Below are positions 41,928 to 55,642 of a DNA stretch of 64,000 nt, one piece after another (position 1 is the first letter of the stretch; each line of letters begins with the position of its first letter). Position numbers and translations under genes: made by a program. Origin of the DNA: Eledone cirrhosa (Eukaryota); NCBI GenBank assembly GCA_964016885.1, contig OZ024745.1, forward strand, positions 52,018,001 through 52,082,000. Direction: 5' to 3'. The notes under the pieces were generated by a model that did not search any database, was not told the origin of the DNA, and worked only from the letters and a program-made list of their open reading frames with translations.

Positions 41928-42300
41928 TTGTTTCTACTTTAGTCACAAGACCAGCAATTAACCAGTGCATTACTGGTACTTTATTTTATCGACCACGTAA
42001 GGATGAAAGGCAAAGTCAACCTCGGCGGGATTTGAACTCTGATCGTAAAGGGACGTAACTATGCTGGAAAGCATGGCGTCCGACACTCTACCGATACTGC
42101 CAATCCACCGCCCTTATCTCTACTTTAGGCACAAGGCCAGCAATTAACCAGTGCATTACTGGTACTTTATTTCATCGACCCCGTAAGGATGAAAGGCAAA
42201 GTCAACCTCGGCGGGATTTGAACTCAGATCGTAAAGGGTCGTAACTATGCTGGAAAGCATGGTGTCCGACCCTCAACTGATACTGCCAATCCACCGCCCT
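41928..42300 (-). mobile_element. Head-to-tail dimer of the Meta-domain SINE
   Basis: Two near-identical ~185-bp units (41928-42114 and 42117-42300), reverse complement of the copy at 12738. Confidence 0.9.
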
Positions 42301-44904
42301 ACTGTTTGTATAGATAATGCAACGTTGTCGGGAATAGAAACACCAGTATCAGCAAATATTTTTCGACAACGATTATCATACAACACTTCGTCGGGATTTA
42401 CAGATTTCCTTTCTTTGAATGCGTACTTAATGTTGAATCTTCATCTTAACATAGAGCACTTTTTTACACGTTCTCAAAGATTTAATAAAATTTTGAAGAA
42501 AAGGCACCGATGGTGATTTATTCACCTACGAATAACTGTGTCTTTCATGGGCCTTATGAACGAGATGTTACGGGAGTGTTTAGTAGATGAATCTAACCAT
42601 TGTACCACACTTGAATTTCATTGTTTTTAGGAGGAAAAGATGAACAACACAATTGATATCGAGAGGGTTTAAGTTCAAATCATGTTACACTCGAGGAAAT
42701 AACTTAAATCATTTTCTCCGACGTACAGAAGTTTCAATCAAATATCAATAACGTATTTAATATTTCATATAATTTCTGCAGTACATAATTATCAATAAAT
42801 GATTTCTCTTGGTACCTAAAAAATAAATGCTTTTGGAAATATATTTAAAGTAGAAATTAAAGATAGTGTTTTGCAATGATTCCGATTCCTTTTTAAAGTG
42901 TATTTGCAATAATATTACCTCATGAATTTAACAAAATTTTTAGCTAAACTACATTAAGATTGATGACATTAATACGATACAGTATATGTAATTACACGCT
43001 CTCCTATATATTTCAAAACAGTATTCATACTAAAATACTCTCATAAAAGGAAAATTATTAATGTGCTAAATATCAACATGCGTCAACGTTGTTTCTTCCC
43101 AGACGTTGCATTGTGCGTGTATTTGTAACAGAAAGTAGAATCAGTTTGAAGCTCATCGTATCTTCGAAAATAATCGATTTAATACGAATAATCTGCTACA
43201 TATAACACTATATTTTGCTATTTGTTCTTTTACTCATTTGTTTTCAAACTTTATTTTGCATTTTATACATTTATTTCTTTATTGATTTTAGTAAATAGTT
43301 TACTTAATTTCTTTTAGGAAGATTTATGTTTTCTTATCATCCAAGGTTTAGGTGTTATATTCTAAAAATATAGCAAAAACGGTAAATATTAAACATTTAA
43401 TACTAGAACAATGATTTCGTTGAGATGTAGTTTTTGGATAGCTTAGGTTGAGAATGATGAATTAATATTCGATGTTGTATAAAAGCATTGTTTTATTTAC
43501 TAAATACTCTGAATTAATTAATTATTTTTATATCAAAGACAATAAAAATATTTTTAAAATGTAATATTTATAAGGTCATTACAATTTTTAATAATGGGAC
43601 ATAGTATTAAATGTTTTAATACTATTACTAGAATTCACATTAATCACATGAAATATACTTGCACTCAAAGCTGTACATGAGTCTGGATTTGTATTTGTTT
43701 TGAGAGCTCCATTTTCTATTTATTTCAGTTTGTTCATATATTTTATTCTGTAAACCTTGCACTCAATGATCTGTTTATCACTTTGCATTTCTCATTTTTC
43801 ATTTCTCTTGTATATAATTTCATCCTCCCCTTCCAATCATCCCCAATTACTTAACTCACGTACATTAATTTATTTCTTCATCGACTTTTGGCATGTTATA
43901 CATTAATCAATTCTGATTTGGTTTGCTATTTTTTAAAATACTGATCTCAATATTGTCAGTAGGTCGTTTGCAGTGAATAACAAATTAGCAACTTCTCATG
44001 CACACATTTATTACAATCTACTAAGCTTTTATCTCCATACATTTGCTAATTTACTAGTTGATGTTAAATCTGTTTAGAAATTTCCTTTACCGTGTCCTAA
44101 CATGTGTGGTGTTTATTTCCAATGCTTCATTGAGCATACATTAAAGAATCTTAACGACATACTGTAGTTGAATATTATTATGTCGCACTAGACTTCAATA
44201 TTCTAACGCCCACTTACAAACATTTTGATTGCAAGTTTTCATGAAAAACATTCCTTTTTCTTCTTCATTTTAATGAGTTAAAGACGTATTATAAGAAAGC
44301 ATCAGAAAAGATTAAGTAATCCAAAAGTAAGCTGGCAGAATTCATTTGTATATAATAAGACAAAGAAAAACAGATTCAAATTTTAAAATTACAATTAAAC
44401 TATACAAATCAAACAATATATATATTATATAATTTCAACAATTGTAAAACAGAAAATGTGAGTTAAATATTAAAGTAACACAATGAGTCTAAAATAACAC
44501 CAGTGGTCCCAGAAAATTAGAATAATAATAGGTGCAAAATTGTGTAATAAAATCCTTTCAAGTAATTACCATTAGAAACAGGCGTGTATATTGTGTCAGC
44601 TTAATAGCTTTATTAATTGAGTAATACAAAATATCAAAATATTGAACAATCAAATAAAATGCGCTGAACATTTCAATGAAACAATTATGTCATTAAATAA
44701 ACATATCCTTCAGAGAAGAAACACTTATATATACGCGAACTTATGTATACAGTTATGCATAATAAAACACACACCCACACATACATACACACACATATAT
44801 ATATATATATATATAATGGAAACATTTGAACAGGGACAAAACAGAGAGGCAGTACAATAAATGTTTATTAATTTCACGCTCAGGAGAGTGGGGGGTAGGT
44901 GGGG

Positions 44905-44938
44905 GACGACGTTTCGGGCATAAGCCCTTCCTCAGGTG
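44905..44938 (-). ncRNA. Hammerhead core motif in PLE terminus
   Basis: Minus strand CAC-CTGAGGA-A-GGGC-TTAT-GCCC-GAAAC-GTC-GTC; core and stem II are clear, stem I is weak. Confidence 0.6.
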
Positions 44939-46441
44939 AGAAGTGTGTGGGACAGAGTTCAAAGGGTGTGTAGGGGAGTGGTGGAGAGACATATAGCGAA
45001 AGGAAACAGTGCGAATGAAAAAAAACAAATAAAGATAAAAAATAAAAAATAAAAATAAAGCATGATCAAAATACAAGGAATGAGAAAATTTAAAAATAAA
45101 GGCATGATCAAAATAAACTGAAATTAAAAGGGGGGGTAAACAGGTGGTGGAAGGGTGTGGGGTGAGTAGGGGGGAGTGGGGTGGGGAGAGGGAGACGGGG
45201 TGTCCGAGCGGGGAGGGCTGAAGGTGGTGTGTGTGTGTAGGTGTGCGTGTGTGTGTGTGTGTATGTGAAAGTAAGGGTTGGGGGAAAAACGGGGTTGCAT
45301 GTTCAGGAAGGGGTGTGTGTGGGGGTAGTTTTGTGGGTGGGAGTGTCTGTGCGTGTGTGGATAGGGGGTGGGGGGAGGGGAATCAGGAGGCTGAGGGTGT
45401 AAATATGTGGTGGGAAGCACGTGTGTGTGAGGTTATACGTGTTGTGGGTGTGGGTGGCGTGTGGAGAAAAAAAATGTTGTTGGGATGTGTGTGCGGGTGA
45501 GTTATATAGGTGATTACGCAAGAGGATGGTTGAAAAGTTGGTAAGTTCCAAGGATGTTCAGTAGATTGTTTGTAAGTCAAATTCTGCGTGTGGGTAATCC
45601 ATGAAGTGGTGGTCGGAAGAGGAGAGATGTGGGGTGCGCGCGCAACAGGAAGTGGTCAGCAGTGGGAGTGCTGTGGTCTGTTGGGGCTGGGAGGTGGCCA
45701 GAGGGCACAGCAGCAGTCAGTGGAATGGTAGGGGGCGAGGATGGGTAGGTGTGAAAGTTAGAGTGAGGAGGGTGTGTGTGTGTGTGTATTAGTAGGGGTG
45801 TTAGTGGGATGAGTGTGGAGCGAGGGTGTGGGTGGAGTGGGGAGAGAAGGGTGTGTGTGGTTCTATGGAGGGAGTGTGGTGTACTGGTGTGTGGGTAGTT
45901 TGATGAAGAGGTGTTAGTGGGTGTTAGTATACGGGAGGTGGGGAGGGGTTGAATGCAGGTGTGAGTGGGGGTTAGTGGTGGTAGGGTGTGTAGAGTTGGT
46001 GGTGTACGAGGGTGTGTGGATTCGTGTGCGTGGGGTTGGGGGGTGTTAGTGATGTTAGTTGCGTGTGGGGTGGGTGGTGTAAGTGGGTGCGTGTGTTCGT
46101 GTGCTTGGGGTTAGGGGCTGTTAGTGAGGTTAGTTGCGGGGTGGTGCGATGGAGGTGTGGGGGTGAGAGGTGTGGGGGTGAGGGTTAGTGGTGGTAGTAG
46201 GGTGTGTGTTTAGTGTGAGCGCGTGTATATATGTGCCGGTGGGTGTGTGCGTGTGATAAGGAGTGGGGAGGATGAGAAGAGGGGAGGGAAGGGATGTTAG
46301 TATGTTAGTTGGGGAAGGGTGGTCAGATGAGGGGTGGAGTGGAGGTGTTAGTATTGTTAGTGTGGGGTGGGCGGTGAAAAGGAGGGGTGTGTTAGTGGTG
46401 TTAGTGGGGGATAAGTGTGGGGGGAGGGGGGCGGTCGAACG

Positions 46442-47757
46442 CTAAAGGAATAAGGGTGTGGAGTTCAGGCCGGGGGGAGTGTGGGTCTGTAAGATGAAGA
46501 TAGTTCGTTGTTCGACCGTAAGGCGATGGGCGGGTGTTTCGTTGCACTGGAGTAGGCCACAGACTGTGAGATGGCGTGCGGAGTGTCCAGGGCCACCAAA
46601 GTGGCGGGCGATGGGGGAACTGCCCCCGAGACGAATACCCCGGAGGTGCTCCGTGACTCGGTCCGCCAGGCGACGTCCCGTCTGTCCGACATAAGCGAAC
46701 TCCGTATATTAGGTTGGAGGAGGTGCAGCGGAAGGCATGCCGGACCGAGCGAGAGTGGCCGTTGGGACCCTGGAAGGTGGTGGTGTTGGTGATGTGGGGA
46801 CAGGTGTTGCAGCGGGGCCTAGAACAGGGAAAGGAACCGGGGGGGAAACAGAGCGTGGGTTGGGGGGTAGGGAGCTGTGGACGAGGAGGGTGCGGAGATT
46901 GCGTGCGCGTTTGAAGGAGGGGAGTGGTGGGGTTGGGAAGATGTGGGAGGTGGAGGGGTCGGACTGGAGGCGTCGGAAGAGGCGGCGGATGGTGCGGTGG
47001 AGGGGTAAGGCGGGGTGTTGGTAGGTGATGGGGAAGGGGAGACGGTGGGTGGATGTGCGGTGGCGTGGGGTGCGGTGGTGGAGAGGGGGACAGCACGGGC
47101 GCGGGTGAGAGCGGTGTTGACGAGAGTGGGGAGAACCTCTGCGGATGAAATGGCTGACTAGGGAAAGGGCCTGGGACTCGAAGTCAGCATCACGGCTACA
47201 GAGGCGGCGGATCCTGAGAAGTTGGGAGTAGGGAATGGAGTGTTTAGTGTGGGTGGGGTGGGAAGAGGTGAAGTCGAGGTAAGAGTGGGAGTCGGTGGGT
47301 TTGAAGAAGGCGGAGGTGACGAGGGAGTGGTGGGAGGGGTCGAAGGCGACGGAGATGTCTAAGAAGTGGACGTGGGTGGTGGAGATAGAGGTGGTGAAGT
47401 GGAGGGAGGGGTGGAAGGAGCAGAAGAAGGAGAGAAAGGAGTCGAGCTGTTCTCGGGTGAGGGTCGTGGCTCCGATACAGTCGTCAATGTAACGACCGTA
47501 CAGTTCGGGCGTGGGGCCGGTGTACTGGGCAAAGATTTGGGCCTCAACATGGCCAACAAAAAGGTTGGCATAGTTCGGGCCCATTCTTGTGCCCATGGCT
47601 ACCCTCGTGACCTGTTGGTAAAACTAACCCGAGAAGGAGAAACAACTTAGGGTGAGGACCAGCTCGGCTAGGCGAAGGAGGGTGGGGGTAGAGGGAATGG
47701 GGGAGGGGCGAAGGTCGAGGTAGTGTTTGAGGGCGCGAAGGCCGTCGGCGTGGGGGA
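46442..47757 (-). pseudogene. PLE RT + Zn finger + GIY-YIG, frameshifted
   Basis: IPHADGL, AMGTRMGPNYANLFVG, YGRYIDDCIG, FLDI, KPTDSHSYL.F.S.HP, SIPYSQLLRIRRLCS, CSRPRCNTCPH, YVGQT.R.L..R..EH, PGLN. Confidence 0.92.
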
Positions 47758-47771
47758 TATATATATATATA

Positions 47772-47964
47772 TAACAAAGGAATTGTGGCAAGGAACCAGA
47801 TGGACCATCAGAGTACTCAATACTTAGGGTAGTAGAATGGGAAATAGGAAAACGTATGACCCCGACGGCAGAGCTCAAGCCGCTTCGACGCCTATTTCTG
47901 GACTTGTCCGGAAATAGCTGTCGAAACGGCTTGAGCTCTACCGTCGGGGTCATACTTTTTCCTA
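47772..47964 (-). mobile_element. Family B fold-back PLE terminus, copy 2
   Basis: Tail 47772-47843, then inverted arms centred at ~47904 (CTGGAC-TT-GTCCGG). Confidence 0.8.
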
Positions 47965-48012
47965 TATATATATATATATATATATAAATATAATAATAAT
48001 AATAATAATAAT

Positions 48013-48254
48013 AGTAATAATAATAAATTTGAAGACTAAAATCCTCAGAGGGCTCGATAAGGATAAATATATATCAAATATATAAGAACCGTAGAGCAAA
48101 TATTTATTAAAATAACAGATTAAAGTTTAAGCAAAGAATCGCTGCTTTCACACTTAACGGGATCTTCTGAAACTAACAAAGTTCGTTTCAGAAGATCCCG
48201 TAAAGGGTGAAAGCAGCGATTCTTTGCTTAAACTTTAATCTGTTATTTTAATAA
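48013..48254. mobile_element. Family A asymmetric fold-back palindrome
   Basis: Long arm 48013-48182, short arm 48185-48254, turn inside HHR stem I. Confidence 0.9.
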
Positions 48255-48381
48255 TAATAAATATATATATAAATATATATATATGTGTGTGTGTGTGTGT
48301 ATTTATATATATATATATACATAGGTTTGCACACATACATGTAGACACACACACAGACACATATATATATATATATATATA

Positions 48382-48571
48382 TAACGAAGGAAATGTGGTA
48401 AGGAACCAGGTGGACCATAACGCACCAAAGTACTCAATACTTGAGGTAGTAGAGTGGGTAATAGGAACCAGTAAGACCCCGACAGCTGAGCTCAAGCCGT
48501 TTCGACGGCTAATTCTGTCCAGAATTAGCCGTCGAAACGGCTTGAGCTCAGCTGTCGGGGTCTTACTGGTT

Positions 48572-48576
<5 letters not shown>
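48382..48576 (-). mobile_element. Family B fold-back PLE terminus, copy 3
   Basis: Perfect 57-bp arms 48461-48517 and 48520-48576 with a 2-nt loop, plus tail; (TA)n on both sides. Confidence 0.88.
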
Positions 48577-48620
<44 letters not shown>

Positions 48621-48924
48621 ATGTGTGTGTGTGTGTGTGCATAAGTGTTTGTGTTGTGTGTGTGTATTTTGTATATCTAATGATATGTCTACGAATAAAC
48701 GTTTGTTGGAAAGACCTTTAGCTATTAATGTCGAAAGGTTGAGGGCTAGCGCCGTCTTTCAGATTCCAGGGTATCTATCGTGGAACAAATGCCAATGCTG
48801 GCTCGGCCGTCATCAAGACAGGGCTTCTTCTTCTCTCTGCTAGATTTTGAAACAGACGAAAGAATATAGATAGTTCGCCTTTGTTACATTTATTTATACC
48901 CCCCCCCCGCACACCCACACATAT

Positions 48925-48956
<32 letters not shown>

Positions 48957-51900
48957 CCAAGGGCGGTGTCCCAGCATGGCATCAGCCGGATGGCTGGAAC
49001 AGGTAAAAGAGTATATATACATATATATAGATACATATAACATCAACCCCATTAAGATAGAACAATCAGCAAAATATTTATAACAAGCGTCTATCAAATG
49101 TCCCGTCATCCCTAGCCCATAAATATCATACATACATCCAGCAATTAATCTCTAATTTATTGTCTCTTTTATCGGACCCTCTACACGTATCTATGTATAT
49201 CTCGAATCAAGTTTCCCACCAACGAATCCTTATAAGAACACTTACTCAAAAACTACTACTATGTACTTACAAGATCTCACTTATTTATTTATTTATCTCT
49301 TTATATTTTCCATTCTCTCATTTTCTTACTTTATTATTTACCCTATTCTACTTTTACTTTTTACGTCTGTAACTTCTCTACCTATTTACCATACATGTAT
49401 TATTATTGATGTTATTGTTTTAATTATACGCTATTTCTCTATATAAATCTTGCCTCGAATGAATTATTTTCATATCTATATACTCTAATGTGTTGACCAT
49501 AGGTGAATAATGTATTGGAGATCGAATAACGCAACATCAAGCGATTAGCGAACTCTAGGTCCACATGATCAACGAAACAATTTTCAGTACTTTAAAATAA
49601 AGCCCTTATTGTATAGCCAACCATGTTACTCTTCATTCTTTAACTATTATTACTCCAAGTATAACCTGCATAACAATTACCGCGAACACGCTGCATAACT
49701 ATGGAAGCATCTTGTTGAGTCAAACAAAGCCGCACTATAAAACTGTCCACGACGCAGAGCACTCACAACCTCTAACTGGATTACCTATAACGATAACTTG
49801 TTATCCCATATATATATATATATATATATATGTATATCTGTGTGTGCGTGTCTCCATTATGTGTATGTCTATTTGTGCATATAAGTCTGCACATGTGGGC
49901 TTGCATATTTTGTGTTTGTAAGAATTAATCCAAATATAAAAAAGTAGCTTTCACTTGATCACTCTATCTGGTAAACATATCGGTAAAGTTCCCTTAAATC
50001 GCATCCTGCCTTTTTTCAAATATGATATGTAGGTTGCTGTGGGCTGCTTTTCTTAGAATTTTTAAAAGGTAGTGAATTGCAAGTTTAGAATGTCTTTGAA
50101 TGTACATCTGCTCTATTCTGGATAAACTGCTAGTAAATAAAAAAACAACAATGTTTATGTTTTTGGGAAGGATCCTTTCTGTTATGTTAGCATACATGGC
50201 GTTTGACGATAACTTTTCTAAAGTATATATTACATTTCCTTTAAACTCTTGAAATCGTATGGTAAATATATCGTAATTATAAGCCTTCCTAAACTAATTT
50301 TATCCCAATATAGCTAAGCGTTGCTTATTTTAGATAGATCTGTTTTCTGTTACTGCAAAGTGACGTTATGAAATGTGTGATATATTTATACATTGCTCGC
50401 AAAATATATACAAATCGATATTTGTAATTTGAAATACACTAAAATGTTCGTTTTCTCAAACTGAAATAGAGTGTAGTTTTGGTTATTGAATGCAGAAATC
50501 ATTAGTAATTAGGTTTAAAGTGATATTTTAGCTATGGACTCTATTTTGGTCGTTATAGCCTCAACTCAATATTTCTACTTGATGCATATGCTCCATGCTA
50601 CAAGTTTAGTAGTTATTTGTGTCACTGTAATCGTTCAATGTTTTCCCGTTTCTTTTAATTATTTTTCAATATGGATGATATAAAAATATTATGTATAATG
50701 GTATTAATAAACAGTATTTTTTTCATTAATTATTCATTACTATTTTTATTTAGTCATTGAAATGTACGATAAAATTTGGTTTTTACCCATTTTTCCGGGA
50801 TACATTTTTTTTTCTATCGTTTTGCTACCAGAGGACTTAATAACATCCGTCAGAATATTTGGCATAACAGTTAAGTCTATTTTATTCGGGTATTTATTCT
50901 TATGTTTAGAAGAAATTTCTAGAAGAAATATTGATGCGTATTTTAGTGAGAAGTTTGAACAAGTAAGGAATGAGTATGGAAGATCATGATACTTAACAAA
51001 AATATTTAAAGTGAGTTTGAAAATCAGAACGATGGTTGACTGAAATGCAAACGAAATGACAATATCAAAACAAATTTTCGAAGATATAGTTAATAATATA
51101 CACAATCTTGTATCCGAAAATAATCTTCTTAACGTAAATAACAACTATAACAACAGCAAGTAGAGATGCACATTCGCTTTGACACTATCACGCATACAGA
51201 TATGCCGTTCTCCAAAATAACGTCGGTTGAAAAGCTTGTTCTTCAGTAAATTTGCCGGCGCAACATAAAGGTAACTGCTAGAGGCATGGCTAATGACAGC
51301 ATATGTTTAAAATTATTAGTGTGTAATAATTTACAAATTAACGAAAAAAGAATTTTTGTCTGGATTCAGATTTTAATGCAATAAGTGTGAAAGCCCTGCG
51401 CAAAAAGTCCAGTTGTTATACCTGTGGCAGCAAAATCTATTTTGGAATGTCTGCCCTGAGGGATTGAAAACAAAACGAAGTAACGGACATGTTCCTTGTA
51501 TCAGCTACAAACATAATGCGAAATCAATTTCCGAGGAGGAATGGAAATCGACTTCGTCTGAGCTACCTAAATCGGTCGACGATGAGAAACCTTCTCTTAA
51601 TCCTAACCTGAAGATGGCTAACATTCCCCCATCATGTGAGTTCCACTGGCTTGATTGGTGAAAATGAGGACAACATGGATATTCAGGAATGTCGTCAGAA
51701 AGATGGAAAATGAGATGAAAAAAGAGAAAAGAATAAGAAATCAAATTAAACCATTGAAATAAGATGCTGTGTGGTTAAAGTCGTAGTTTCATTTTATTTT
51801 TTAAATCTACAAGGGTAGAGCTCCGAACATTATGAATAGGCAGGTTAATTGGATGATGGCATGAAATAAGAATAAAAATGTTAATAAATCAACAAACATG

Positions 51901-52164
51901 AATATACATATTTTCTGTTTTTATTATGCCCAAGCGAGTTATTTCTGTCTCCAGATATTTATATTTAGATAATTTCTCTGTTTCTTTGATGAATATATTG
52001 TCGTTTGTGGGAATTGATTTATCATTTAGAAAACACATTTTCTTTGTGCTTCACTCTCTTTGTCATTGTTATATACCAGAGTAGGGTTTATTTCTTAATA
52101 GCCTGATCAATTTTTTCAGAGTGTCTGTATCATGTAATTATTTTTATTTGTAGTACTATTAGAA

Positions 52165-52372
52165 CGGTGGCTTAGCAGTATCCATAAAGAGTCGGACAAC
52201 ATGTTGAGTGGTATAGAATTACGAATGTTTACGCTTTGAGTTCAAATCCCGCCGAGGATAACTTTACCTTTTATCCTTACGAAGTCGGTATAATAAAGTA
52301 CTACTAACGAGCGGGGGTCGATTTAATCGACTTTCCGCTGCCCAAAATTGCTGGCATTATAGTTATATTAGT
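52165..52372 (+). mobile_element. Meta-domain SINE, diverged
   Basis: GAGTTCAAATCCCGCCGAGGATAACTTTACCTTTTATCCTTACG..AATTGCTGGCATT. Confidence 0.8.
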
Positions 52373-52927
52373 GAATTTATATATTTTGGAGCAAATAATT
52401 TTATTTCAAATTTGTAAACATCATTGGCATATGTCTATCGAAGTATGAAATACGAAATGTCATTTATTTAATAAAAGAAAATATCTGAGAAATACAATGA
52501 AGATTACAACTTTTTTCGGCTTTCCTCTGTAGGTGTATAAAAAGTAGTTGGTATGAAGTGAAAACAGATAATGGTACATTGAATGGCATTAAAAGACGAG
52601 TTATGCAAATGTTATTTCATATATGAACACACAATATAATTCTCATGAATCGTTTAAAAAGAGTAGACAAATCATGTCACATGTAATTTTCTAGATTCAT
52701 ATTTCAAAATGTGATGGATGAATAATATAGTTTGATACGCAGGAAAGGTTAATGTAAGCAACGGTTTGATCATAGCCATAGTACCTGAAAATATCGCTCA
52801 GTTCCATTGAAGTTAACGTTTGGCTACGTAACGTTTACAAGAGTTAATTCATATAATGTGTAAAAAGTTACTCTTTCTTTGCCTTTTTCTTTTGAAAATC
52901 GAATTAGCTATGCATCATCAGATTAAC

Positions 52928-53037
<110 letters not shown>

Positions 53038-53500
53038 CGAAAATAAATCGGAAATGCAAATGGAGTCTTTTTAAAAATATTTATTTGTTTCCTTTACCTA
53101 TTTCATGGTTCTTATGCTTTTTAAAAGGAGGATTGAGATGGAGGGTTTGTGGTTTTTCTCGCATCTGGTTGGTGTTCGAAAATTATTTCCGTTTCTTGTA
53201 GAAAGAGTGGCTCCAATTCCTGGGATTCTTAAAAAGAATGATTTTTTGGGGTGATGACTGTCACCTGAATAAGTATAATAAATTTCCCGCAAGTTCGCCT
53301 TACAAATTTCTCAATGTATTTGCCTTTAACAATGAGGTTCACATTATTTTTGTTTATAAGTATAATTTGGTTGGTTGATGACTGTCACGTGAATAAGTAC
53401 ATCAAATTTCACGCCGGATCATGTTTGAAGGATCTTTATTGCCCTATTCACAGTCACATGATTGGCCATATAGTATAGGTGCCGGAACAAGTTGGTTTGA

Positions 53501-53638
53501 AGAACTGTGAAAGCGGTAAAGGAAATAAATAAATATTATTAAAAAGACTCCACTTGATTTTCGATTTCTTTTCCTTTAACTTCTACTCGTATAGCACATC
53601 TGTTTCTTTTATTTAAAAAAAAACCCTTCATTTTCCTA
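53501..53638. repeat. Unclassified dispersed repeat, partial copy 3
   Basis: Homologous to 12582-12736. Confidence 0.7.
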
Positions 53639-53653
53639 CACACACATACATAC

Positions 53654-53684
<31 letters not shown>

Positions 53685-53707
53685 CTTATATATATATAGA
53701 GAGAGAG

Positions 53708-53773
<66 letters not shown>

Positions 53774-54247
53774 CTTTTCCAATAGTTGTGGTATTACAGA
53801 GGCGAAGATGTTGATATTTCATTTATTAATAATTCTAACATGTGTTTCTATATAACTGCCGATGGTAGACAGACAGTCCGTGAGTTTGAATTGTGAGGAT
53901 GTTGGTAACAGCTCCCTATCAGAACTTCAAATTTACGATTGCGTTTTGTTTACTACTCTAAGTGTGGTGATAAATTTTCTATAAGGGGATGAAGGTTATC
54001 TATATCAAATTGTAGCCCGATGGACGTGTATGTGCTGCGAAGAAGAAGAGTCTGTTTATGGCTCTCAGTGTATAACAGTATCAAAATGACAATCGCCCTC
54101 GAAGAATGTGAGGAAGATCTCCAGGAAAGTTAACCAGGAATCTTTAAAAATCTTCCAACCGAAGTTAACAAAGAACTTACTGGATCTACCAACTCATAAT
54201 ATTATAATATAATAAAATTAAATTGTTAATCATATAATATAATATAA

Positions 54248-54400
54248 TTGTTTCTAATTTAGGCACAATGCCAGCAATAACCAACTACATTACTGGTACT
54301 TTATTTTATCGACCTCGTAAGGAGGAAAGGCAAAGTTAACCTCGGCGGGATTTGAACTCAGACCGTAATGGACGTAACTATGCTAGAAAGCATGGCGTCC
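54248..54400 (-). mobile_element. Meta-domain SINE, 5'-truncated
   Basis: Matches 41928-42081. Confidence 0.85.
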
Positions 54401-54453
54401 AATAAAATCAAATTGTTTAGAACTACCAGTTAAGTCATTTTTTTTTTTTTTAA

Positions 54454-54513
<60 letters not shown>

Positions 54514-54514
54514 C

Positions 54515-55054
54515 TGGTTGCCCACCGAGTCCATTGTCATGATCAAACCGCCACCCTCCTTCAAAAACGAAGGAGATGTGGTTTTCCTTTGTGTGATAGC
54601 TATGGCGAAAGAGGTTGTATGGTGGACAAGGTTGAAAGGGCTGAGGTCAGACACATTTCTCTCCGGCCAACAACTGATTCTTTTTTTCAAATACCACTTT
54701 GGAAGAAGAATCAGGATGGAGAGAGAGGTGCTATACCCCAGCAAGTTTTATGAAAGGTGGGTGAAAGTGGCGAGAATGGCCCGAGTGAGTGGGCCTTCTC
54801 TCTATATCAGCCTGTAGGTTGAGGAAAAGGAAGAGGAGAGGAAAGGAGTACAAACTCTTCGTACTCCTGGATATGAGGGTTGCACATTTTGTCGGGGGTA
54901 TGTGTTACCCATATAAACTGTCTCCCCCTATTGGGGAAAATCGACTAATTTTTAAATTGCATTTGTGATAACATTTTACACGTTTTTATTGTATGTAAAC
55001 TTCCCCCTTGTATTTGTCCCCTTCTTTTGTGCCCCTGTGGCTAATAAAGAAACA
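54515..55054 (+). mobile_element. Tx1/L1 3' fragment embedded in (TATC)n
   Basis: ORF 54518-54817 is nearly identical to the ORF2 C-terminus at 58376-58680; ends AATAAAGAAACA; (TATC)n on both sides. Confidence 0.92.
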
Positions 55055-55064
55055 TATCTATCTC

Positions 55065-55096
<32 letters not shown>

Positions 55097-55557
55097 TTAT
55101 CTATCTATCTATCTAATTATCTATCTATTTATCTATCTATCTCTCTCTCTCTATATATATATATATCTATATATTGTTTTTAATCTGTTTGTGCATACTT
55201 GCGTGAGTGTATATGCATATAATTATATGTATAGGCGTGTGTATATATATATTTGTATATAAAGTCGACACTGACCAATATTTAAAAAATTCCATTTAAC
55301 CTGAAGCCCAATTCATTTAAATTATATGTACGAAACGTTGTTTCTCCTGAAACGTATGTAGAGCATTCCATTGTTAATTCATATTTAATCAAGTTTATCA
55401 TAGAAGGACATCTTCATTTAACGATGGATGTTGATATTAATCGTTTGATAATGAGAATTTCATTTCTTTTCGGAGAAGATTTGCATAAACATCAGTTAAT
55501 TATATGAATATTTTATCAATGCATGATGAATCTTATCGATGCGGCTATTTTAGACAA

Positions 55558-55642
<85 letters not shown>

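Larger units (their letters stand above)
44816..47759 (-). mobile_element. 5'-truncated Neptune-type Penelope-like element
   Basis: RT + GIY-YIG remnant, ~1.5-kb strand-skewed 3' UTR, HHR core near the 3' end, (TA)n on both sides. Confidence 0.88.

Noticed and set aside
50880-51700. Possible host exons or transposase remnant (ORFs 50762, 51413, 51505)
   Set aside because: Splice-like sites exist, but there is no recognisable domain or consistent frame. It needs RNA-seq or tBLASTn.
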